Source: Eledone cirrhosa
Lineage: Eukaryota
Reading direction: 5' to 3'
DNA length: 64,000 bases
Assembly (NCBI GenBank): GCA_964016885.1
Contig: OZ024741.1
Span: 385,082,001-385,146,000, forward strand
Below, piece after piece: positions 48,729 through 64,000 of this stretch. Both the position numbers and the translations under genes were made by a program. The stretch's first letter is position 1; each line of letters begins with the position of its first letter. Below the pieces are notes generated by a model. It was not told the DNA's origin and ran no database searches. It saw only the letters and a program-made list of their open reading frames with translations.

Positions 48729-48733
<5 letters not shown>
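48549..48733 (+). mobile_element. Family X copy 4
   Basis: Hairpin TAGGAAAAGAGTCAGGACCCC...GGGGTCCTGAATCTTTTCCTA (48549-48653) plus the same tail; in (TA)n. Confidence 0.85.
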
Positions 48734-48793
<60 letters not shown>

Positions 48794-48797
<4 letters not shown>

Positions 48798-48856
48798 TGT
48801 AGACAGGTAAAATACCGAAACCGCTTGCCGCCGCGGTCGGGATTTTACACATCTCT
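48794..48856 (+). other. 3'-half hammerhead motif with short fold-back arm
   Basis: GAAA-CCGC-TTGCCGCC-GCGG-TC-GGGA; GAGATGT..GTAAAAT upstream is inverted to ATTTTAC-ACATCTC downstream. Confidence 0.5.
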
Positions 48857-49223
48857 ATATCGACTCTGTATCTCTATGAATCGAGTTCTCCCATGATTAG
48901 TGGTCTCCTCGGTCTTCGCATCGCATATTCTCTCTCTCACTCTCTCTTTCTCTCACTCTCACTCTATATATATTATAGGCTCGCACATACACACACACAC
49001 GTATATATGTACATACACACAAACAAACATACAGACACGCACACATGTATATACGTATGAGTGTAAAACTGAACATTTCTGTCTGTTTCCCCAACTACAC
49101 ATACATACGTGTATATAAACACATCAGAGATCAACAGATATATACGCAAGCAACATTACACGTATGCCTACTGAGAATTACGTTACAACAAATCCATATG
49201 CATACACATGCACACACACACAT

Positions 49224-49287
<64 letters not shown>

Positions 49288-49785
49288 GCACACACACGCA
49301 CACACACATGCACACACACACACACACATGCACACACACACATGCACATACACATGCACACATGTACCCCCCCCCCACACACACATGCACACACACACAT
49401 GCACCCACACCCACACCCGCACACACACACAGTTGCATATGTTAGTTGCAAAGCATTCTGCTATCGGAAGATGAAAAAAAACAACATCAACAATATTTAC
49501 ACAAGTGACTCCGTTCATCTTTCTGGAAGGAAGCAAAAAAAAACAAAAACAAAAAAACAAAAACAAAAAACCCCACTAAAGTCCCTTGGAAATCATATGC
49601 ACTTATCATAATTAATTTTATGAAGCTAACTCTCATATGCTTCTAGTTCTTTTTTCATCACATGTAGTATTTTGACACTTTAACGTTAGTTAATCAGCTA
49701 TCTGAAATATCCGGGATCTAAAGAAACGTAGTCAAGGTTGTATACCTAAGAATTTGGCTGCAGCACGTGACGCCTTTACAGTTTC

Positions 49786-49898
<113 letters not shown>

Positions 49899-49900
49899 TT

Positions 49901-50214
49901 AAAGACACAACTGTTTTCGAGTTTCAATTTCTTTCTTTAGACCTCGTGTTTTCTAATAAGGCTTTTACATAAATCTTCATAAAATACACATGCCTACAAT
50001 AAAGAGGCAGTAAAGTTAAGCCAACAAAACTCCTGATAATGAGGCCGTGAATGGCTAGAAACGTCAGTTCAATTATAGGTTAGGAACTTTGTTGTTCTAA
50101 ACGAGCTGTAAAAGCCTTATTAGAAGATACCTAATGGTTCAAATAAAGAAACTGAAACTCGAAAATAGTCATGTCTTTACATACAACACATGCATAAAAT
50201 AAGAGCTGTAACTT

Positions 50215-50218
<4 letters not shown>
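49901..50218 (+). mobile_element. Old fold-back element with degenerate HHR (50028-50069)
   Basis: Diverged inverted repeat 49901-49969 / 50107-50180; AACT-C-CTGATAA...GGCCG-TGAA-TGGCT-A-GAAA-CG-TC-AGTT between the arms. Confidence 0.55.
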
Positions 50219-50263
<45 letters not shown>

Positions 50264-50266
<3 letters not shown>

Positions 50267-50470
50267 CGAAGGAAATGTGGTAAGGAACTAGATGGACCAT
50301 AACGCACCAGAGTACTTAATACTTAGGGTGGTAGAGTGGGTAATAGGAAAAAGTATGTCCCCGACGGCAGAGCTCAAGCCGTTTCGACGGCTATTTCTGG
50401 ACGAAATAGCCGTCCAGAAATAGCCGTCGAAACGGCTTGAGCTCTGCCGTCGGGGACATACTTTTTCCTA
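50264..50470 (-). mobile_element. Family X copy 5 (near-perfect 127-nt hairpin + tail)
   Basis: Tail reverse complement 50264-50343. Hairpin 50344-50470, TAGGAAAAAGTATGTCCCCGACGGCAGAGCTCAAGCCGTTTCGACGGCTATTTC... with a perfect reverse-complement arm. Confidence 0.9.
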
Positions 50471-50740
50471 TATATATATATATTCATTAGTTAAGCAAAA
50501 CGAGATCACAAATTTCACAAGGAAGACATTATTAAAAGATTGTCAATCTATCCTCTGCATCAACCCAGCCATCTAGCCGCCTTCCCCTACATATTGCACA
50601 TTGAGCACATGCCTTTATGCTTTGGCTTCTAACTAATTCACCAATCTCTCTTCTCCTCTCCTATCTCCTCTCCTATCTCCATCTGTCTCTTTAAGATTGG
50701 TTACTCTTGAACTGTATATATATATATATATATATATATA

Positions 50741-51430
<690 letters not shown>

Positions 51431-51762
51431 ATAACTATATGTATGTATAGATAGTACGTACATATATTTATTATTTTTTTAATATCTCTATGTGTGTATA
51501 GATGGTACATACATATATTTATTTTTTTAATATCCAATTGAGTTCTTAAGCACGTGGTTAAAATACCTAACAGGCTTCAATGACCAGTGTGTATATTATT
51601 TTATATTTTACGATAACCTCCCCTTTCCCTTTTAGGGACAGTCTGAATTTTCTTTTTGAAGGACTACTGGCTTTTCAAATTTAGCTGTCCTTCTAGCACT
51701 GACGGAGATCATCACGAATTATTAATATCGATGTAATTTTTTATATCGATAATGAATGGACA

Positions 51763-51885
51763 TCCACTGATGAGTTATAAGGGCCCGCTTGTGTGTATTT
51801 CTATGGATTATATACAAGTTTCTACATAACTTGGACATTATTTATCCCGAATTGTAGAAATCTTATAACGAAGCGATCGTATGGA
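51763..51885 (+). ncRNA. Type I hammerhead ribozyme with long stem-II insertion (GAAG variant)
   Basis: TCCA-CTGATGA-GTTATAAG-[80 nt, internal TTTCTACA/TGTAGAAA stem]-CTTATAAC-GAAG-CGATCG-TA-TGGA. Confidence 0.78.
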
Positions 51886-52065
51886 AAGAAAGAGAGATTT
51901 ATTTAATTATGTCCCATATAAAATAATACAACAAACTTTCCACGATATACTGTATAGTTAGCACCCCAAACATTTAATTGGGATTATACTTAGGTATATC
52001 CTAATGTTTATTGAGTGAGATAGAGTTGGTCAGAGTATCGCTTAAAGCTTTCTCTCTTAATGTAT

Positions 52066-52110
<45 letters not shown>

Positions 52111-52115
<5 letters not shown>

Positions 52116-52209
52116 CTTGATCACCTTGACCGACCATTCGGCGCCGCTGGTCACTGCACGCGCTGTTTTAGCCATACGATGACGCCATCCCACTGGCTGG
52201 GCGGCAGGC

Positions 52210-52212
<3 letters not shown>
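52111..52212 (-). mobile_element. ~100-bp probable LINE/SINE 3' end inserted in (TA)n
   Basis: GC-rich island between TA tracts, ending (minus) in a short tandem tail CAAGGTGAT x2. Confidence 0.45.
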
Positions 52213-52280
<68 letters not shown>

Positions 52281-52434
52281 TAACAGATTAAAGTTTAAGC
52301 AAAGAATCGTTGCTTTCACCCTTAACGGGATCTTCTGAAACTAACAATATTTTAATAAATATTTGCTCTACGGTTCTTATATATTTGATATATGTGTATC
52401 CTTATTGGATTTTAGTCTTCAAATTTATTATTAT

Positions 52435-52505
<71 letters not shown>

Positions 52506-52507
<2 letters not shown>

Positions 52508-53525
52508 AGATAGAAAAATGCGTACAGCAAAAAAAAGTAATATTATTGGAATATAAACCTTTAAATATACAGGACAAGAAACTAAAATAAAACTTTAAAA
52601 GAATAGGACAAGAAACTAAGATAAAACTTTAAAGAATTGGACAAGAAATAAAAAAATTTACAATAATATTAGTGGCAAAATTTTTATTGGTAAAAAATCG
52701 AGTTCCACATTCATAGGCTCTGGGTTCCACATTCAGAGGTCGTCGTCAGACCGGGGGGATCATTTGATCATGGTTTGAACACCAATTGGGCCATAACCAT
52801 ACCCCTATTTCATAATTCGGCGACACACCTCATGTGTCATGCATAATGTGAATGGACCCATGGGCCCATGAGCACAGATCTTGTGCAACAGCGGAGGTCT
52901 TGTCGTCCCGCTCATCCTTGATATTGACCAACCCGTCCATCTTCTCCTTGCATCTTGTCCTTGAGTTCAAGTCCGGCAGTCCAGATGAATGCGTGCCACA
53001 GCTTTCTGGTACAGGAAGGGGGAGCAGGAGGACTGGAGGGATGACGGGACAGAGGGAGGGAGGACCGGTGGTTGAGGGAGGTGCCGTAGTCGGTGGTCAG
53101 AGTCGACATCTTGTCCCGGTAGTCTTCTCCATCTTCGTCTGGTGTTGCGGGACCAGAATTGCATTCTTGGAGGAGACCTGCAGCTGCATCGGCCAATTCT
53201 TCTTGCACTGGTCATTCTGACGGAGCAGAACTGCTCAGCCAACCAACCCTAACCAGAACCAACCGCTCAGGGGCAACGCACAATGAGAGCATGACAATTA
53301 TTATGCACTAATCAAGAAGATAGCATAGCACAGGAAACGAATAAAAAAATTTTGCCACTAATATTATTGTAAATTTTTTTATTTCTTGTCCAATTCTTTA
53401 AAGTTTTATCTTAGTTTCTTGTCCTATTCTTTTAAAGTTTTATTTTAGTTTCTTGTCCTATATTTTTAAAGGTTTATATTCCAACAATATTACTTTTTTT
53501 TTGCTGTACGCATTTTTCTATCTGG
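52506..53525 (-). mobile_element. Fold-back element: ~185-bp inverted repeats around a decayed interior (probable PLE remnant)
   Basis: 52506-52688 and 53340-53525 are reverse complements, each with three GGACAAGAAA sub-repeats. Interior (minus) has GGT-CTGACGA (52743-52752) before AATAAA and a weak GIY-YIG-like remnant (KTSAVAQDLC). Confidence 0.7.
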
Positions 53526-54011
53526 TCTACTATTTTTTAAGGCAATGCAAGCAACAACTATCTAATAATTAAATGATCATAGTGAATTACTGACAAGTGA
53601 TTGACATTTTAAAGTTCTTTTGAGTATAATTGCAATCTAGTTGAGGCAACTGGCTTAATGACAAATCTAGTAAATCATGAATGCATTTGAGATGATTAGT
53701 GCATAATAGTGAATTGGTGAAACTTGTGCATTTCAATGGTGTTACGGATAAAAACTGATACTGCTGTCTACGACCTTTATATAGGATTGTCATGTTTCTC
53801 TGTATCTGCAATGTGGGTATACAAAATAAGAATTATGATATTAACTTTTATTTAAAATCCCCAAAAATGCTGTGCATGAAAACTTCAAAAAGTAATTCTA
53901 TTTCTATTGATGACCTCTTAGTTGCTCATACTAATTTTGTAAAAGATTTCAAGCCAATAATCAGAATGATCTGGTATAATTTTTATGCAGATAAATGACT
54001 AATTAGTATAA

Positions 54012-54077
54012 AGGGCCATCCAGATATCATGTGGACACCGCGAACCAAAAATGGTCACATGATATCTGGATGGCTCC
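54012..54077. mobile_element. 66-bp MITE-like hairpin with TAA flanks (PIF/Harbinger-Tourist-like, tentative)
   Basis: TAA-AGGGCCATCCAGATATCATGTG...CACATGATATCTGGATGGCTCC-TAA; 22-bp inverted arms with 2 mismatches. Confidence 0.5.
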
Positions 54078-54797
54078 TAAGCATCCCCTCCACATGGCGG
54101 GGACATGGGTCATCATCGTGGAGCAATCACCTATTTTAAAAATATTAGACTATGATAAATAAATTTATTTAAAAATACAATTTGAAATATATTAGATAAT
54201 ATTTAGTAGGTGAGCATTAACAACTGATAATCACCTCCCCTTGTAATTACCTCGTAATTACCTCCCCTAGCGTCACGCTTACTACTCACTCACTTGAACA
54301 CAAGATTTATCAGCAAACTTTGATTATAAACTTTTTCCCGCTGGACCAAATTTCTAGATTTTTAAGCCAAAAGATGCGTAATGATCTACTGTTCATGCTC
54401 ATGTAAGTTTTATCTCAGTTAAATAAAGTAGAGCCGCGCTGTACTGTCGTAAACAGACGATTGCCAACGAAAACCTGACCACAACAATATTACTAAACGG
54501 ACTGCCGTCCGTTTAGGATATATATATATATATATCAAAGGTATATATTTGAGTTAGGAACTCAAAATAATCTCTTACAATTAAATAGCTCTAAGAAAGA
54601 GATTTTTCCGAGCCGTATATTATAATTGAATATAAAAGAAAAACGAACACAGATATATACATATATGTGTTCAAATCGCAAGGGACCAGATTCGCTAAGG
54701 TGAAAAGAATACTAACTATAGACAATTGGGTTTGCTTGTCTCAATTTAAGAAAAAATCAAGAAAATAAATACAAACCGGAATTGTGGTAACTACGAA

Positions 54798-54877
54798 TCA
54801 CCTAGACAGCGTGGTGCTCTTTCGCAATACTAATTAATTGTGAATAGAAATACCAATTCTTGCTGATCAGTGGGTGA
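54798..54877 (-). ncRNA. Hammerhead ribozyme copy with core mutation (CUGAUCA)
   Basis: Minus: TCACCCA-CTGATCA-GCAA...TTGC-GAAA-GAGC-ACCAC-GCTG-TC-TAGGTGA. Confidence 0.7.
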
Positions 54878-55153
54878 CAAATTAGTATCCTAGACACTTC
54901 TAAGTATATTAAGTAACTGAATAGTGTGCTATATATAATAACGCACATGGTATCTTAGCGTGTCTAACAAACTTACACCACTAAAAATAGCAGCCAGATT
55001 TATTCGACATTTGAAATAGCTCAACAAATTAACGGAGCCGAATATATCAAAGGTATATATTGAGTTAGGAACTCAAAATAGTCTCTTACAATAAAATAGC
55101 TCTAAGAAAGATTTTTCCGAGCCGTATATTATAATTGAATATAAAAGAATTTG

Positions 55154-55233
55154 TCAGCCACTGATGAGCAAGAATTGGTATTTCTATTCACAATTAATTA
55201 GTATTGCGAAACAGCACCAAGCTGTCTGGGTGA
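55154..55233 (+). ncRNA. Complete monomeric type I hammerhead ribozyme
   Basis: TCAGCCA-CTGATGA-GCAA-[32 nt]-TTGC-GAAA-CAGC-ACCAA-GCTG-TC-TGGGTGA. All three stems, intact core, GUC site at 55224-55226. Confidence 0.92.
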
Positions 55234-55410
55234 TCAGTAGTTACCAAAATTCCGGTTTGTATTTATTTTCTTGATTTTTTCTTAAATTGAGACAAGCAAA
55301 CCCAATTGTCTATAGTTAGTATTCTTTTCACCTTAGCGAATCTGGTCCCTTGCGATTTGAAAACATATATGTATATATCTGTGTTCGTTTTTCTTTTATA
55401 ATCAATTATA

Positions 55411-55476
<66 letters not shown>

Positions 55477-55525
55477 AAGAATGAAGAGTAACATGGTTGG
55501 GTGTACAATAAGGGCTTTATTTAAA

Positions 55526-55550
55526 GTACTGACAATTGTTTCGTTGATCA
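55526..55550 (-). other. 3'-half hammerhead motif
   Basis: Minus: GAAA-CAATTG-TC-AGTAC then AATAAA; no CUGANGA found upstream. Confidence 0.45.
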
Positions 55551-55719
55551 GGTGAGTCTAGAGTTCGCTAATCGCTAACCTGCATAGAAATTACCGCAAA
55601 CTCGCTGCATAACTATGGAAGCATCTTGTTGAGTCAAACAAAGCTGTACGTTAAAACTAGCCACGATGCAGAGAACTCACAACCTATAACTGGATTACTT
55701 ATAACGATAACTTGTTATC

Positions 55720-55807
<88 letters not shown>

Positions 55808-55922
55808 GTGAGGTTTTTTTTACAAAATGAAAAATAACCGAGGTGTCCTACACGAGTGGAAGTATAAAGAAAAAGGGATGAAATCGAAAATGCAACTGAA
55901 GTCTTATTTTTTTAAAAAATAT

Positions 55923-56122
55923 NNNNNNNNNNNNNNNNNNNNNNNNNNNNNNNNNNNNNNNNNNNNNNNNNNNNNNNNNNNNNNNNNNNNNNNNNNNNNN
56001 NNNNNNNNNNNNNNNNNNNNNNNNNNNNNNNNNNNNNNNNNNNNNNNNNNNNNNNNNNNNNNNNNNNNNNNNNNNNNNNNNNNNNNNNNNNNNNNNNNNN
56101 NNNNNNNNNNNNNNNNNNNNNN
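55923..56122. other. Assembly gap (200 N)
   Basis: Run of N; a round length suggests an arbitrary scaffolding gap. Confidence 0.99.
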
Positions 56123-57007
56123 GCTGGCAAATTCCAAGCCCTACAATACAAACCTGCAAACACAAACACAAATATAGCGGAACACAGCTACACAGGACCA
56201 GGAGGGACCGATATCCCCGTGTCAAAATCGATACGAGACCTGGGCATAGACATGAGCGATGATGCATCTTTTTCTTCACACATCATGAAGGTGGCGACAG
56301 CATGTAGACGATTCGCTGGCTGGATCTTGAGGACTTTCCTTACAAGAGATCGAGACACCATGTTGACACTGTGGAGGACTTTTGTCCTAAGCCGCCTGGA
56401 CTACTGCTCCCAGCTGTGGTCACCCCATAGTGTCAAACTAACCACAGAGCTTGAGGCAATCCAGCGAAGCTACACCAAGAGGATTGCCAAGATGAGGGAG
56501 ACAAGCTACTGGGAGAGGCTGAAGGAACTGAACCTCTACTCCTTGGAGCGAAGACGGGAGAGATACGCAGTGATCTACATGTGGAAAATCCTGGAGGGAC
56601 TAGCACCAAACTTTGGCATTGGGAGCTGGACCAACCGTCGAACAGGACGTCACTGTGTGGTGCCAAAGGTCCCGTCTTCCACATCTAGAATAAGGAGCAG
56701 GTATTGCAATAGCCTGGGATTCAAGGGCCCTCAACTCTTCAACAGGCTGCCGAGGCATCTGCGAGACTTGCATGACGTGGAGGTGGATGTCTTTAAGAAA
56801 CATCTAGACACCTTGTTATCCAGGATCCCGGATGAGCCCACAGCAAGACACGAGGGAAACCTAAGGGCAGCAGCAACAAACTCCCTCCTACACCAGTGGC
56901 CAACCTATACAGGCTGGAGATAAAATGTGTAGCAACAAGGGCGGTGCCCCAGCATGGCCTCAGCCGGATGGCTGAAAAAGGTAAAAGAGTAAAAGAGTAA
57001 AAGAGTA
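56123..57007 (+). mobile_element. CR1-group LINE 3' portion (post-RT C-terminal domain) with (AAAGAGTA)n tail
   Basis: ORF 56219-56923: RDLGI..SDDASFSSHI, GWILRTF, SRLDYCSQLW, LEAIQR..TKRI, YWERLKELNLYSLERRRER. 8-bp tandem tail at ~56982-57007. Confidence 0.88.
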
Positions 57008-57480
<473 letters not shown>

Positions 57481-59216
57481 ATCATCATCATCATCATCAT
57501 CAACGTTTAACGTCCGTGTTCCACGCTTGCATGGGTTTGGACGGGGGTAGTCCCACTTGAGGCAAGAGTGATTGTCTTGCTCGCATAGGACTGTCTGGCA
57601 GGTTTTCTACAGTTGGATGCCCTTCCTAACACCAACCACATTTACAGTGTGGGTCTGGGAGGTTTTTACCGTGTTGCCTACACGGCCACATTACAGCGTG
57701 GACTGTGTGTTTTTTTGTCGTGACACCTACACGATCTCATTTGTTTCGGCCTCGATGGCGCGGCACCAACATAACTTTACATAGAACGGGGTGGTGTGGA
57801 TCGGGAGGGGGTGGTGGGACGGGGTGTATTTGTTAGAGATGCCTACTGGCTGGAGTAGGTTTTACTATATATTTAGGTAAGGCGGGTCTTCTCTGTTACT
57901 GAGTACCGCCAAAGGTCTCGGTCCAGTGACATTGTCTTGGAGAGGTGTAAGTGTGTGATGTCGGAGTTTATCAGCTCGTCCCAGGTTTTTCTAGGTCTGC
58001 CTATTCCGTGACTACCGTCTATCTTTATTGCCCTGCACTTTGTTATACAGCTATCAACTTTCATGCGCATCACGTGTCCATACCAACGTAGCCTTCTCTC
58101 GAGTAAACAACATCTGATCCCTCTTATCTCTAATTTATTCCTTAGTTCGTTTATGCTTTGCCGTTCACGTATATTACTGTTACACATCCAGCGGAGCATG
58201 CAAGCTTCGTTCCTCTCTAGTCTGCGTATATCCTCTGCACACAATGCCCAGGTCTCACTGCCATGCAGCATTGCTGTTCGTATGCAGGCATCGTACAACC
58301 TGCCTTTCATTTTTAGTGAGAACCCTTTAGCAGCTAATAGTGGTATAAGCTCTCTGAACTTTTTCCAACCAGTTCTGACTCTAGCTACAGTACTTTCAGA
58401 GCACCCTCCCCCACTGCTGATTTTATCGCCCAGGTAACGGAAGCTGTCCACTATTTCTATAGAACCCTCTGCGCAATTGAAAGAGCTAGTAGTTTGTGGG
58501 CACTTGCTGCTACTTATTGCACCAGAGCACCGGCCACATGTAAAATCTATGTTCTTAGTTAGCCTACCTGTGATCCCACTACATCTTTTATGCACCCATA
58601 CTTTGCATTTAGGACATAAAATGGAGTTTCTACCTACGCCTTTCCTACACACCGAGCACGACCATTTCCCAGAAGGGACCGCCGCCTTGTTTTCTTTCCT
58701 ACAAACTAGTACTTTGGTCTTAGCCAGGTTAATTTTAAGTCCTTTTGACTCTAGGCCGTGCTTCCATGTTTGGAATTTCTTCTCTAGCTCGGCCATTGAT
58801 TCCGCTATGAGTGTCAGGTCGTCTGCGTATAGGAGTTCCCATGGGCAGCCTGTCTTGAACTCCTCTGTTATGGCCTGAAGGGCAATAATAAATAGTAGTG
58901 GACTGAGAACAGAGCCCTGATGGACGCCGACTTTTACGCTAAACTCTTCACTATATTCGTTGTTAATTCTAACCTTGCTGACTGTTTCTTTATACATGGC
59001 TTGTATAGCCCTCACAAGCCATTCGTCAACGCCTAGTTTTCTAAGAGCCCACCAGATAATGGAGCGGGGGACTCTGTCGAAGGCTTTCTCCAAGTCGACA
59101 AAAGCTAAGTAGAGGGGTTTACCTTTAGCTAGGTACTTCTCTTGTAGTTGTCGTACTATGAAAAGAGCGTCTGTGGTACTTTTGCCTGACACAAACCCGA
59201 ACTGCATTTCATCTAT
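57481..59216 (-). mobile_element. RTE-clade LINE, 5'-truncated, uninterrupted RT frame (59216-57873), (GAT)n tail
   Basis: [70 protein letters not shown]; tail (CAT)n at 57481-57501. Confidence 0.93.

Positions 59217-64000
<4,784 letters not shown>

Larger units (their letters stand above)
54531..55412 (-). mobile_element. Non-coding retrozyme-like element: ~510-bp partial tandem unit + inverted arm, two opposed HHR copies
   Basis: Direct repeat 54531-54640 / 55043-55149; inverted repeat 54619-54883 / 55148-55412; (TA)n and (TTA)n flanks. Confidence 0.85.

Noticed and set aside
52852-53242. Overlapping 91-122 aa ORFs as a host exon
   Set aside because: No recognisable domain or splice context; enclosed in an inverted-repeat element.
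55827-56279. ORFs spanning the N run
   Set aside because: Artefacts of the assembly gap.

Overview
Eukaryotic, gene-free, repeat-dominated window. The SINE style and microsatellite load suggest a cephalopod (Octopus-like) genome, which is an inference. No host protein-coding gene is supportable; almost all ORF-track entries are artefacts of simple repeats. Contents: (1) two decayed Penelope-like retroelements (PLEs; RT + GIY-YIG) at 0.4-2.7 kb and 4.1-5.85 kb; (2) a ~31 kb array of a 17-bp satellite (CATCCACACACATACAC) with near-perfect 6.8-kb and 4.4-kb tandem duplications; (3) two copies of a ~600-bp non-autonomous RTE-derived element with a structured 5' end, plus an R4/Dong-like 3' fragment; (4) two tRNA-derived SINEs; (5) CR1-group and RTE LINE 3' halves, a 200-N gap and a ~4.8-kb TA/TACA tract. 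The most striking signal is about 16 type-I hammerhead ribozyme (HHR) motifs, 8 with an intact catalytic core, plus several 3'-half motifs. They lie mostly in short non-coding inserts within (TA)n microsatellites. Many inserts share one architecture: a 5' inverted (fold-back) arm stopping at a fixed point, and a sense arm carrying an extra 3' tail. Two of them are ~460 and ~510-nt tandem units with one HHR each (retrozyme-like). All RNA folds were made by eye and are unverified computationally.
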